DNA from: Tubiluchus corallicola
Taxonomy: Eukaryota; Animalia; Priapulida
DNA: 64,000 nucleotides
Direction: 5' to 3'
NCBI GenBank assembly: GCA_030141605.1
Contig: JAQGDQ010000196.1
Span: 344,394-408,393, forward strand
In this document: positions 14,601 to 28,034 of the stretch, in pieces
How positions within the stretch are numbered: the stretch's first letter is position 1
Layout: each line of letters starts with the position of its first letter
Notes under the pieces: generated by a model
Told to the model about the DNA's origin: nothing
Database searches by the model: none
Seen by the model: the letters and a program-made list of their open reading frames with translations, nothing else
Position numbers and translations under genes: made by a program

Positions 14601-17600
14601 ATTACTTTATAATTGCAGGGAATACGATATCAGCGGGGGGCATTTCCACCAAGGTAGTCCTGCCAACCTTGTCAACCAAAAAAAGGTTAAACCTTAAATT
14701 GTAAAAAATGTTTTGCAATAATGACGGTGTTGGTGTGAGTAATGTAGATCAGGATGGTGTATCATCTAAGATAATGATCATAGCGATGGTGGAAGCAATT
14801 GTGTTAGGGGTGGTAGTGAGAGCAGCGATGGTGACTGTTATGGTGTAAGAGGGAGTATTAGTGATGAGAATTCTGTAATTTATAAAGGAGACAAATCACT
14901 CAAATCGAACTTGTTGTTAAAGTTTGCAGGGGCAACCTCGCGAATATTCTTTTAGATTCGCCATGATACAAGATTTTTACATTATAGTCACATACGCGAT
15001 TAGTTGCCAATAGCCATTAGGTTCTCTATCGATAGGTATAAATTACACTGCAAACCATAGCTGCCCACAGCGGAAATAGAATCTAACCCATACCCACTAG
15101 CCTGGCTAATCTAGTTTCCAAAATAGCCACATACACATAAACAACCGCGTTCTGTTCTTGTCGTCCGCTAGGCCAAAATACAAACTATATCGCTCAGAGT
15201 AGACGTTTGTTAGGGTTGCCACTTAACAATGTAAGGGTCACTCATGCAATGCGCTGGAATGTATATTGTATTATCCTGTACTTGTATGTCAATTTAATTA
15301 GAAAAGAGTTGGTGACAACAACACGTGACCTGATGTAAAAATATTAAGTAGCTGCCAGGCCGTTGCGCCAAACTCTTTTCTCTGACGTGTGCCGTGATGT
15401 GATATGTAAAGGAATGCAATGCAATGTAGTGCAGTGCAACATATGGTGGAGTAATAGTATACGAACAAAATGATTTGTAATGGTAGTATAAATGGGGACA
15501 GCATTTTATTTCTGAAAATTTTAATTGTTGCTAAATATGTAGCCGAAGCAGCACAAAAAATCAGAAAAACTATGATTTTTTATGTTTTTAACAAAAATTT
15601 AAGCGAAAAGTTTCATAATTCCTTGAATGAGTTATTCGATATGTGGTAAATTTCATCCGAGATTTTTACCAGTGTAACGTTAAACCATACAAAATATTCA
15701 ATATTTAAACTTTTATTATCAGAAAAACATTACTTTTCTTTTTACTATTAGAAAAATTTCGTGAGTTAAACTGATCTAATCTGGAGGACGTGTTTTAAAA
15801 ATGGGGACGCTGAATCCGCAAAAAATGGGCCTATAAATTTTTATCGGCTACATATCGTCAGATAAAATAAATTTGGCTACGGCCCATAAATCACCGTAGA
15901 CGTTGGAAAATCTCTTTAGGTCAAGGTCTGCTGTTGTGCCTGTTGAATCTCCTAGCAACATCTAAAGAACAAGGACATTTATTAAGATGAAAGTGCTATG
16001 ATTGATCGGTGTTAATTTTGGTTCTCCGCTCAGTAAACTTGCATTTGGTAAACCTGTACGGCTACTGCACTTCCTTCGGTTAGAATTTAATCGACTGATA
16101 AATGTGTGTAGTTGATAGACCTGCACTGCCACTCCATTTTCTGCTGATATCTCTTAGCTGACCTGCTAAAGCTGTTCTGGTAGTCTGCTACTGTATTCCT
16201 ACTGTTAACATTTAGCTGACGGCTAAAAGTGCGCTGCTGTTAAACCTAGAGCTTGCTTCTTAACAACAAGAAGTTCAATAACAATATAGGTTTACCTATT
16301 GAATTTCTTATTGTTAATGTTTAGTTGATTTGATAGTGCGTTGTTGGTAAATATGTACTGAACTTCCTAATATTAGCAAATACCTGACTGCTGTTAGTGT
16401 GTACTGCTCCTAAGTTGTGGTACTACTGCACTTCCGACAGTTAGGATTTACCTAACGTGCTAAGGGCGCATGAGCGACGTTTCATGGTACCCACACACCA
16501 TACTGGTACATGGTACCCACACTGTACCGCCTCTCTATACATTTCTCTTTGTGCGTATGACCTCAGCACCTATATAAAGAGGGGTTACAAATCTCTGCAT
16601 TCAATTCACGCTGTTTTTGGCTTTTTGGCTTGCTAGATCATGTCTGGTTTACTAACTCATCTTTGCTGGCTTGCTACAGCACAGATGAGCAGAGTTATGC
16701 ATCTGTTCAGGCTAGTTATGCATACGTTATGTTCAGCTATGCATAAGTTTAGTACAGCTAGTTCAATCCAGCCTATAAAATTAATAAATTATTATTGGTC
16801 TACCGGCGACAGTTTGGAGGCTTCCTCAACGTGTCGTCCGGAAAAAGTGAAGTCAAATAAATTAGCTATTGATATGATGAACAGCGACATAAGCCACTTA
16901 TCATGCTAATTAATGTAGCGAGAGATGTTTGCAGCCTGGATACGCTTACATAATGTAATTGCTGTGCTTGACTTCATGTAGATAATTATGTGATAATCTA
17001 TATTGGGTAATTTTCATGTAATCTGCATTAACAGATGATTCTTACAAATCGACAGCAGTGATAGAAAGGGTCGGTATCTTTAATACCACAATAGTAAGCA
17101 GTTTTTAACCAGCCTTTCTTCTTAACTTTTTTCACGCCGACAATTTGGTGTGTTTCTTCCATTTTTTTCCTTTTCATCCCGCTTACTTGGTCTGTATGTT
17201 TGCCTATTCTATGGGAACAAAGCCCTGCTGTAGTCTGCTGCTAGAGTGATTAAGCGAAGTTGTGAATTACAGCAAAAAGCTAATGAAAACAAAAAACAAA
17301 AACTGAAGTGTACGATTGTTCAGTATGACATCTTGTTGTACACGCTGTTAACTTAAGAGACAGTAAGGCTGTTTCTTGGCATATAGAAAAAAGTGATTAA
17401 TAGAGTAGTCTTAGTTGCTGCATGAACACCAGAGCTTTTACGTTTCATTATGATTATTACATAAAATTGTTTTTCTAAATTCTCTTATAAGTATGAGGCA
17501 CTTGGTGCTAGCAGTTAAACTGTCCCACAAGTATTTGGTTTATTTAGTGGCATTTTGTGTGTTTTCCCTTCGTGGCGTTTTCTGTGCAAGATTAATGATT

Positions 17601-20600
17601 GCGTTTATTGATTTTTTGTCTTTTTCTCATGTGGCTTCTATGTAATCCATGAAAAATTACTGCTGGTGTTATCATTATAAAATTTTCAAAAACAAAATGG
17701 TTACATTTTTTATCCTTTTAACTTTTACATAAAGATAGTTCACAGCGTGAATTGACACGCCGCGTCTTAATTTTCATTTTTTCAACGTGTGTCTTTATCA
17801 ATGACGAGTAAATTACAAAACTAATAGTGCCAAATAAGTAATATTAAAATAAATTTAATGAATACCCAAAAGTCCCATTAGTAGGGAAAAGACTGAGAAT
17901 ATGAAAGTAGCAAAATCATTGGTAGAAGAGTGGCAGCTACTTCTACTGTACATAATGCTGAAAGGACATTAAGTTAGCTGTGGTTAGCAAACCACGCTGA
18001 TTGAATTTGCCCATGTAATCTATAAACTGCTGATAGTTAATTAGAGCTGCGAGGCTGAACACCATGCATAGTTAAAACCAATCGGTCACGTGATCAGTCA
18101 CGTGGTCACTGCTTGGTTTCTCCTGTAGCTGACTCCTTAAATCTGCACAAGCTGCTAAATCCAAATGACAAGCGAATTGCGTCATTTTGCAATTACCGAG
18201 TGTTAAAACAAAATGTTGTTTTTGTACGCTGTTGACAAATTGTTCAAATTTGTGGAAACTGAAAGCAGTTAAGATAACGCATATTTGCCTGTGAAAGGTT
18301 CCTGTTTTGTTACTAAATAGCAAGATTGAAATGAACAATAGAGTAGAAAAAATTTCAAGAAATCGTGAACAAAAACACTTAGAAATGACAAAAAGAGCCA
18401 GAACTGGACTTTTCACAATTTTTGATTATCCTATGATCTAAGTACTGATAACTTCAACTGTATATAGGTCAATAATATAATCACCGATTGTGCCAATTAA
18501 TCACCTTATTACTTATTAGTGATTGGATTTTGTTCTCATAGATTTGTAAATACGCAGGGGAAGAAAGAGGGATGAAAAGAGAAAAAATGTGGGAGGAACA
18601 AATCGAAGTTTCGACGTGAAAAGAGTTAAGAAGAAAAAAATAGGAAAAGAATAAAAACTCGACAACTAGAAAGCCACTCTGTAGAGTTCACTCAGCTCAG
18701 ACTTTTCCATTACAAGAATACACTTAATAAATAAAATAGATTTCCTTTAGTAATTCTTGATCGATAATTAACAAAAATGAAAATCATACCACTCCACAAA
18801 ATTTCAAGGAAATCGGTTAAGTAGTTTTTACGTAATCCTGCTAACAGACAAACCAACAAACCAACGGCTATGAAAGCATACCCTCCATGGCAGTAGTTGG
18901 GGTGTCAGATTTGTGGAAGGTCGAAAATGTCGGAAAGAAAGCTTGTCCAGAAAAAAGAAAGCTAATATAAAAAGAAATTCAAAAAATGTATAATTTTGTA
19001 TTAATGTTCTGATATTGATAACAGAACGATTTTGAATTTGAAAAATCAGATTTAAAACGGCTATCAGCTTATAAAGCTTCTTCATTCTTGACAACAGAAT
19101 TCACCACGTCATGTCTAATACCAACACTCTTTTCATAATAAAAACAACAAAATCATTGTTGAAAAATTAATTCAGAGTTAATAGATGTTTAATATTTGAA
19201 TTCGGTCTGATTGCAGAGGCGTGTGGACTACTTCACACTGTGAAATAAGCCAGGAAGCTTCTTGTCCTTACCAGGCTTGAAAAAAATTGAAACAAAAAAA
19301 AAGCTGTAGAGGTCGTACGTTACGTACACTGTGACGTTTTCTAGCATCTTTTTAGCATTATTATTTGCTCAGAAAAGAAGCCCACCGGTTTACTGCTACA
19401 TAGCAACAGCGGCATCAGCAGCAACTGCAACAACCGTCTTCGCAATTTTACTTTATTTCTTCAAAAGTCCGTTTTAATTAATTAGGTAAATTTGCTTGTT
19501 ACAGCTTGTAAACAGCTGTGCGCAATTAATTAGTCAAGTCGTTTGCTGAACATGTAAAACTGATCAACCATTACATCTGTTTATTACGTTTATGTAGGGT
19601 GACGTATTCTAATGAATTCCTGTTGGGATTCAACAACAATAATTAAAATTTTATTGCTATGATTTGTGGAAAACCACTATTCATTTCATGTATTTAGTAA
19701 AGTAGATCTGAGATTAAAGTCATGGAGACGGTTTAACCAAATCGGTTTTGAATTTGTTGTGAATTGGGTGGGTGGAATTATGGTATAGAAGTCAAAGAAA
19801 TTCAGTTCATTTCTGGGGTTTATTAAACAAAAATCAATCAAAATTTAAAAGAAGCATTAATCTATATTCAGGAATTTTACGCCGAGGACGCTTCAGTTCT
19901 GATATCAAGATCGAAGACTAATACTGTTAAAGATTTTGTCGGAAAGATAATATGATATCTGCCAAGCTTGATAGAATTACATTATATAGTTAAGTTGGAA
20001 AGTTTAGTTAGCTAAAGCCAGAAATGAGTTGGAGTCAAGCCTTAAGTTACTGAATATTTTTCATTTTTATAGTACAAAAATTCAGAATAGTTTAGTAGTA
20101 TTATTTGATGTACAAATAATTGTAATCTATAGGTTATAGTCTATAATCCATTATTGTAATCTCTCCTGCTTTTACTAAATTTGAAAATATCTAGTGACTT
20201 TAAAAGTGAAATCAAACAAAAATATGGAAACTGTGTCAGAAACACTTAATTCTAATAGTTATGGGTCTTGGCCAGAATAGAATTGAATCACACAGCACGC
20301 ATTTTTGCACCTAGTCCATAGGTTTTGTGAATTTACATGGCAAATAGCCTTAGCAAACATGCGATATTACGATATTATCGATACAACTTTTCGATATTAA
20401 AACGGGTGCTAATGATCAAGGTTTTAGCTAAATGTCAGAAATTTAGATTGATTAGATTAATCGTAATTCTAGACACGTGAAACACGATTTTTTTTGTAAT
20501 TTTAAGATATGCATTTGACAAACAAGTGCTAACAAATGTAAATAAATTGGCACAGGAAAATGTCACACTTAGTAAATATGTGTTTATGGTTAGCGTTACA

Positions 20601-21656
20601 GTGGGTGATAATTATTTTAGTTATTTTTATCTTTGCCAAGGAAGTTGCGCTTCAACAAAGTTTGTTTGTCTGTTTGTTTGGTTGCCCTTTGTCAGTTATG
20701 GCAGTAAGCCTACTACGCCAGAACTTGACGACCGAACACTTTGTACAAAAAGCATTCGTGAAGCACTTCGTGGGGGTCTCAGAGGAAATATCTAGTACAT
20801 CTTTTTTGCTATCTCCGCTTAGGCAAACAACTACGAGTTAGTTGCAGTTCCATTCTCGCTTGTATATTAAAACTGTGTAACGCTGCATATAACCTTCACT
20901 TATTAAGGTGTATAACCTAATAAGGTGAGTTACTATATATATATGCTGTCTATGTGTAGAGACACGTATATATTTGTCAGTCTATTAATGCGCCAAAATT
21001 AATGGCTAAAAAGTAGATAAACACTGTGTGGAACGTTCGTGCATTATTGATTATAAATCTATTTAATGAACAAATATTATAAGTCTTTTGCTAGTCTATA
21101 TAACACCAATGCAGGTATATTTTTGTATTACTGCCTGTTTACCTTTGTGTTAAAATTTTTTAATCACCAAAATCAGACGAATAAGTTTACGATTGTTCGG
21201 CTTTGCTAGAGATCTGTTTCTTACTGAGCGCATTCTAGTTTTATTACAGAAATCAAGTACATTAAAATAGCATACATGCCATTTTTCCTGTGTCATTTTT
21301 ACCGCGCACCTGCTAACACGTGTTGAACTTCACCTGCGTGTACCATCATCGTCATCATCGGGCTTCTTATCTTGTAATTCTTAACGGGAAATTTTTTTGT
21401 CTTGATAAACAGAGCCTTGCCAGCTTTCTGAAGGAGATTAATGTAAACCTAATCAAAATAAACTAAGAATTCTAGTTTTGTAGACCGGAATTCATATTTT
21501 CACCCTTCTAATAACCTTCTTACGTTAAGTAGCTACTAGCTTTGTTTGGAGCTAAATTTGTATAGAAAATAAAAATGTAAATTTTAGATTCTTTTGAAGA
21601 AAAATTATTTTAACAGCAATTTACTCTGGGAAAACTTAGAAATTTGGAATGGAAGT

Positions 21657-22237
21657 ACTAACGTGCTTGGATCCGGCACGTCATATTTGTAGCTCGTTTC
21701 TTGTAAATTTAATGGTTTCTTTAAGCTTTTATTTTTGCCATGGCCCGTTTTATTCGTGAAAATCTACAATTTTGCTACGATGACGAAATGCGTTTGTTTT
21801 TATCAGCACTGTCTATCAGGTATAAAACCGCAGATACATAATGGCCTCGTCGGTTCAGTGGATAGGCAGAAGGTGTTTTTAACAACTCAGCACTTGTTCT
21901 TGTCAGCCAACATGTAGACCTCGAAGTAGATTCCTGGCTAGTCTCTGTTTAAATTCGTGTTTCGAGTTCAATGTGTATCAGCATCATCGTTATAATATAT
22001 TAGAATGACAGAAGCCCAACAATATAATTAATGCCTAGGTCAGATCCATTTAACGGGCATATTTGAGGGCATATTGGGAAAGTGAAAAGTCGGCGTTCGT
22101 TAGGGTCTGCGCAATGGTTTCTATAATGAAATCCGTGGCCTGTGATAGCCTTCAAAGTTAAATGCGACGCAAACACCTTCAATAACATGACCAAGCTTTC
22201 GGTATTTCGTGCTTCGTGCCGGATCCAATAACTAGTG
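21657..22237. mobile_element. Non-autonomous TIR element (MITE), possibly CACTA-type termini
   Basis: Perfect 14-bp inverted pair ttggatccggcacg (21667-21680) / cgtgccggatccaa (22215-22228). A related left end, cactaacgtgcttggatccagcacg, occurs at 31548. Confidence 0.55.
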
Positions 22238-23983
22238 CATTGTCACACATTTGTTACTTATTCAACGAAGGTCACTTGCTAACCTCTTTTATTGCTACTT
22301 CCATAAAAGTTTCTTCTAATGTAGATGGTGGCTTCGTTGGTCGTCTCATGTTCTTTTACAAGTAGAGTACCTGAAGTAAAGCAAGTCAAATACATAATTT
22401 ATTAGCAACCGATGTGAACTAAAATTTGTAAAAGTTTGTATTTCATCATTAATTCAGTACAAGATTCGGTTTGTATTAGAGCGATCTTATAGTATTCGGT
22501 TCTAATTTTTATTAATTTAACCGCTACAAAATAGTAAATATCTGTATATCAAAAGTTTATGAATAGTTTTTAAAATCCTCATTATCAGTTGTCGATGGAA
22601 AAACACATTATGAATTTCATTTTACTTTTGTAAGTGCAAGTTTACATACTTAAAATAACAACAGTTTGACAAAATCTGTTTATTTCTTCGGTTCTGGCCT
22701 ATAAGTTACTAATGAGAGTCGAATACATTTCCCAATAACAGAGAAATGAGGCAAACGCGCAAAGGCAAATTTGAACGTTTGCCGTAAGAAGCCGCGACCA
22801 TTAGAAATTTGAAGCTGGGAGTGAACAAATATACAGACTACATTAATAATTTAAATCTGTGGAAATCGCTAGTTTTAAAATGATAAAGTTTTGAACATTA
22901 TTAGGCTTCATTCATTAGCAGAAACGTCGCACAGTTAATTCTTATTTTTAACAAGGCATGCGCCATTCTATTCCCTTTATATTAATCTGCAAATTATGTG
23001 GATGAACTAGGTTTATTTATTACATTTTGACACAAAGAACAGCGCACACCAATGATGCAGTGTAAGAATCACACAAACGCATACAATTAGACTAGAAATG
23101 TACACCAAAATATAAAGTACGCATAAAAAGTAATATAAGTCGACGTGTTTATCTGCAAATGTCTACAACTGTAATACGTTTCATGTTGTTTATCAGCCAC
23201 TGCTGTCTACGAAATTGAATGTGGTAAAAACACATTTGTAGAAATTCCTGAAACAGTAGCTACAGGCACTTTTCTAAGAATGTAAATTATGCTCTCAGTA
23301 AAAACTGACATTTTTTGATATTGTTACACGAAGGTCCACTGGCTTCCAGATAAATTTTTCGTAAACTAAGATATTTGTATAATCTTTATATTGTCTCGCT
23401 GTAAGAATGCCACTGAAGCTTGACACGCGCTGCAAAGGGAGGTAGAATATTGTAATTATTATAGACCACTGTTTCACTGAATAATTGATCACGTGATAAC
23501 ATATATACGTCTCTCTCGCTGCTTTCTATCGCTGGGGAGTTAAAACATAATGGAAATTGTATCAAGCTAACCGTAATGGCACATGGGTAGTAAGACTATG
23601 TAGACTTGCTTCAGTGTAACATATTTTAAATGTCTATAGTAAATAGACCTTTAGGCGGTAGTCGACACACGGCTACGGCAATTGTTACTAGTCGTAAAGT
23701 ATAAGATGTGAGGTGTTTATCACCCAAATTAACATATCACGTATTTTATTCATAAATAATTTGAACAACAGTTCAGGACATGTGATGATAGCAAAAGTAC
23801 GTTAAATGAATAAAATTGCCCAGTTTGAGCAGGATAATACATATAAAACATCACTTTAAAAAAATTACAATATATAAAACTTAGGTTTAAAACAATTACT
23901 ATATATAAAACACAGGTTTCAAACAATTACATTATATAAATATACGTTTAGAACGATTACAATCTAACATTTACACAATTGCA

Positions 23984-24440
23984 TTTATTTATCTATTTAT
24001 TTATTTATTTATTTATTATTAACAATTGCGTTTAACAGTAATGCACAAAAAACAATTAAGAAACTAACCAAGTAATAATTACACAGAGAGATGATCTGAA
24101 AATTTGAAATTAGTTAAAAGATAAATGAGATTCTTTTAAAGCTTGGTAAAACACATCGGCAAAATTGAAAGTTTACATTTCGATGTCAAGATGGACTGAG
24201 TCATTCCAACTCGGGTATGCTGTTGAATAGAGAATATGTGGGTAATGTTGTAATCTTTCTTATTTTCTTGAATATTTTTGATGAAAGACTGGTTATAGAT
24301 CTTACCTTGTGTGGTCATTAGTCTTGTTTGGGAGCGTATGTGCACCTTTTATCCTTATTTTACACTTACTTACATTGATTTTCCTGACTTTATTTCATTG
24401 ATCTTAATTAACCTGGTTTGACTTGCTTACGTTGAATTTG
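23984..24440 (-). mobile_element. Decayed LINE 3' end with (TAAA)n tail
   Basis: (TTTA)n tract at ~23984-24020 next to a degenerate minus-strand segment resembling the 'WN' C-terminal motif of L2/CR1 ORF2. Confidence 0.3.
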
Positions 24441-24632
24441 TTGTGACATTTGGAGGCTGCTATCGCTACGTTCTTTCGCCAAAATTACAGGCTTCTGTAA
24501 TTTAATTTATAGTTCAAAAAGTCTGTAGTCTTCTAATGAATTTTTTTTAAACTAACAACAAACTGTTATAATTAAGAATTGGGGTAAATTTCTGCATTTC
24601 ACGTTATTTATTGTTTATCTGAATAAAAACTA

Positions 24633-25585
24633 CCGTAAAACGGGGTGAGTTCGCCACTTTTTAAGGGTATTTTTTTACATTTCCTGCCTTAGCAAGAGAA
24701 TTAGCCAACCGATTTTCTTAGTTCAAGCTTTATATTGCCCTTCGAATAAAACACTATCGTGGGGTGAATTCGCCGCTAACAATTTAACACTGTTTAATGC
24801 CATTCTAGGCAGCTGAAGTTAACTGGTTGTGATTGGCTGGTTGGGGGTGAGTTCGCCACCCTATGAAAAAATTATAAAAAATGTCTAGTTTTAGTTTTCA
24901 AATATAAACTTCTACGTTGGCAAGGAAGGCTTGAACGTCTTGTGCACTGATCTTATCGCGGTCGCCCTTGATGTTGCCAGCCACTCTGAAAACCAGATTG
25001 TTCCTTCGGGCGAATGATTTGACAAAGTCTATTCCAGGGGTGTTTGCCTTGAATCGTCGTTCCTGGATTCCCTTCGCGTCAAGAACACTCTTAATCAGTA
25101 GTCGGAGATCGATGGCAGTCATTGGGAACCCCCACTCAGCGGCCACTGGGAGTGTACTGGCGATTTCGTGCTCCTCGGCGGCGGAGAACACTGGCTGACT
25201 TCCGGTCTTCTGCGGATGACTTCCGGAGAGTTTGTCAGAAAGGTCTTTCTTGGAACTCCGAATTGCCTCGCCGCTGGGCTGATTGTCCTGTTGGTATTCT
25301 TGACGGCATGTAGGGCAGCTTCCAGAGCTTCTGGGGTATAATTTTGGTATCTATGACCCGGTACAGTGGTGCAGGTGCGTGGCATGTTAAGTAGCCAGAA
25401 ATAGTAGACAAATAATATGTAGCGCAGAATGGAATACTTCTAGTGCGAATTGAAAGAAGATAACTGTCGCAAACTGTTTATAATGACGGTGATCATGATA
25501 TCTGTTCATTAAATACTGAACAATAGTTACAGCAAACCTACAATGGCCATTATGTAAGGGGTGGCGAACTCACCCCGTTTTACGG
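24633..25585 (-). mobile_element. Internally deleted pogo/Tigger-type (Tc1/mariner superfamily) DNA transposon, 953 bp
   Basis: Perfect 25-bp TIRs CCGTAAAACGGGGTGAGTTCGCCAC (24633-24657 / 25561-25585) flanked by TA on both sides. Internal copies of the TIR core lie at 24761-24774 and 24844-24859. It carries minus-strand transposase N-terminus fragments. Confidence 0.92.
24898..25385 (-). pseudogene. Truncated, frameshifted pogo-like transposase (psq-type HTH + CENP-B HTH; no DDE domain)
   Basis: ORF 25119..25385 has YTPEALEAALHAVK...ISPAARQFGVPRKT (psq HTH). Overlapping ORF 24898..25191 has EEHEIA...AEWGFPMT..DLR...PG.DFVKSFARRN (CENP-B HTH). They are joined by a frameshift. Confidence 0.85.
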
Positions 25586-26630
25586 TAGTTATTTATTTAT
25601 TCACTTGCTAGTACTATGCTGAAATTGATGGAGCAAAATTAGCCAGGATTTGTACTGAAATATGGTCGAGTAAAAGTACAGCGGCTAGCCGTCTCTGGCG
25701 TTGATTAATGCTCTTTCTCGCCTAGATCTCAATGGTCTTTGTTATTTCAGGTTCACACTGTAAATATTGGATGATCAGTCGAGTGGACAAGGGAAAATCC
25801 TTGACCGATCAATACGTGATTGCCAAACCTAATTGATATCGATTACGCTAATCGATGCTGTGACCGTAGTTGTGTTTGCATCTGCCGATGGCTGTTCCCA
25901 CTCAAGAAGACCTTCAGAAAAAGCGGAGCCCTTTTAGTGGGAAGCCCTTTTATTTATAATGAAGCGAGAAGAGCTGTACACGTTCTTGAAGAACCGCATT
26001 TCTTCGGGAAAAACCGAAACGTGATACAATGTAATGGTGCAAAAATAGAAACCTCTATAAACTCACAAGAAAACACGAGCCAACGCTGCGGCAGCTTAAT
26101 TAGTTTTATTGGTGCTAACTCACCTCATTGTGTTGGCGGTAGCGTGATGGATATGAGAGTACGCATGAACATTTTCACGCACCCACCACGGACATGTCGG
26201 TAGTGATTAACATCAGCTGTGCGGACGTAAGTGGTTTCAGTCCTTCGATGTTGACGTAATTAGCAATAACAGCTTCGTGCTAGATTAGATATTAGTGAGC
26301 TTAATCGAGGAAGGTCTACTAACACATGAGACTTGCTGCAGCCACTAATATACTAAAGACTTATTAGTTTATTATAGTGGCACTTGCGTAGTGAGAACGT
26401 AAATTTTTGTGTCTTTCTTTATGTTGCATGACATAGACAAGTCTGTGGTCACATTTGAAGGTAACAAGACTTGGCCCATTGGTTGACAAAATGCATGATA
26501 GTAGTGTAGTGCTAATCAACTACACACATTGATTCTAATGGCATTTAATTTTATTCTTGGTAAGCGCCTGGAATCTGTAGCTGAAGGATGCGTTGAACCA
26601 CGGTACGAAAAAGAAAAACGAGAAAAGAGC

Positions 26631-28034
26631 ATGGCAGCCGAGAAAAGGAGAGCAGCACAGGAGTGCCTTTTATTGGAGGAGGATGACAGCAGGGCAGATC
26701 CATCAAAATCCTCGCAGCAGTCAGACACAAACAGACAGAGCAGCGATCTGAACAAGAATGGCGTCATCTGTTCAGATCATCCTAACACACGCATAATGAT
26801 CAACATCAGTGGTTTAAGGTTCGAGACCCGGGTAAAGACGTTACGTCGGTACCCTGATTCTTTGTTGGGTAATCCAGCCAAACGTTGCAAGTACTTCGAC
26901 ACTTTGAGGAACGAGTATTATTTTGACCGACATCGACCTAGCTTTGATGCAATTCTCCATTATTACCAGAGTAAAGGGCGACTGCAGCGACCTGCCAATG
27001 TTCCTATGGACGTATTCATCAGTGAAATCAAATTTTTCCAATTAGGCGAGAAGGTGCTTGAGCAATACTTGGAAGGAGAAGGCATCGTGAAGGAGAAACC
27101 AAGAGCTTTACCAAAAAACCCCACTTTGAGGACAATCTGGAAATTGTTTGAGCACCCAGATGCCGGATGGCCATCACGTATTGTGGCAGTTATATCAATA
27201 TCAGTCATAGTGTTATCTGTGATCACATTCTGTGTGGAAACGTTACCAGAATTTTCTCAAAATAAAACTGTTTTGTTTCAAAATGCCACAAGAGATGAGA
27301 TTGGGGCCTTTCTTTTTAGCGATCCTTTCTTTGTCATTGAGACATTGTGTGTGTGCTGGTTTACATTTGAGTTAATCATGCGTTTTGTGTCGTCGCCAAA
27401 TAAATTTAAGTTCTGGAAAAGTTTTATGAATATTATAGATTTGACTGCCATCGTGCCATACTTCATAGGTCTATCAGTGACATACATCAACAAGTCTGGA
27501 GATATGGGATCGATGAGCTTAGCTGTACTCAGGGTTCTTCGTCTAGTCAGGGTGTTTAGAATATTTAAACTGTCACGACATTACAAAGGTTTGCAAGTCA
27601 TTGGTCAAACTTTACGAGCAAGTATTCCAGAATTAGGATTACTTACTTTCTTTCTCATCATTGGCATGATTCTTTTTGCTAGTGCTGTCTACTTTGCCGA
27701 ACTCGACAAAAGTGACTCTCACTTCACTAGTATTCCAGCCGCATTTTGGTGGGTGGTTGTCACCATGACCACAGTTGGATATGGTGACATGTTTCCACAA
27801 ACAGGTTGGGGAAAGTTGGTGGGATCTCTCTGTGTGATATCCGGTGTTCTGACAATAGCACTTCCTGTGCCTATCATTGTGTCAAATTTTGATTATTATT
27901 ACCACCGTCATTGTGACACTGAAGCTTATACGACAGAAGAGGAGGATCCTCAAGCTGATGGCGATATAGGTACCAGAATAGATTTGGAAGCAGCTGGTAG
28001 CAAAAATGATGATTACGATGAAACACATTGCTGA
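26631..28034 (+). CDS. KCNA: Voltage-gated K+ channel alpha subunit, Shaker/Kv1 subfamily; coding region intronless (alternative in-frame ATG at 26538)
   Basis: T1 domain ([10 protein letters not shown]...[30 protein letters not shown]), S4 ([18 protein letters not shown]), selectivity filter TTVGYGD (TVGYGD at 27771-27788), S6 gate [10 protein letters not shown] and C-terminus ETHC, all in one continuous ORF. Confidence 0.96.
   Translation: MAAEKRRAAQECLLLEEDDSRADPSKSSQQSDTNRQSSDLNKNGVICSDHPNTRIMINISGLRFETRVKTLRRYPDSLLGNPAKRCKYFDTLRNEYYFDRHRPSFDAILHYYQSKGRLQRPANVPMDVFISEIKFFQLGEKVLEQYLEGEGIVKEKPRALPKNPTLRTIWKLFEHPDAGWPSRIVAVISISVIVLSVITFCVETLPEFSQNKTVLFQNATRDEIGAFLFSDPFFVIETLCVCWFTFELIMRFVSSPNKFKFWKSFMNIIDLTAIVPYFIGLSVTYINKSGDMGSMSLAVLRVLRLVRVFRIFKLSRHYKGLQVIGQTLRASIPELGLLTFFLIIGMILFASAVYFAELDKSDSHFTSIPAAFWWVVVTMTTVGYGDMFPQTGWGKLVGSLCVISGVLTIALPVPIIVSNFDYYYHRHCDTEAYTTEEEDPQADGDIGTRIDLEAAGSKNDDYDETHC

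Noticed and set aside
15535-15855. 12-bp inverted pair atatgtagccga / tcggctacatat as a MITE
   Set aside because: Short match with no clear TSD and no second copy in the window.
26184-26194. CACCACGGACA, a partial RE1/NRSE match upstream of a neuronal channel
   Set aside because: Only 11 bp of the 21-bp element, the TTCAG half is missing, and REST is not expected in this kind of invertebrate genome.
25820-26203. 127-aa ORF upstream of the Kv gene
   Set aside because: Non-ATG start and no recognisable domain; more likely 5' UTR or intergenic sequence.
26516-27493. Antisense ORFs over the Kv gene (likewise over the Gr exons and LINE ORFs)
   Set aside because: Shadow ORFs of real coding sequence with no independent features.
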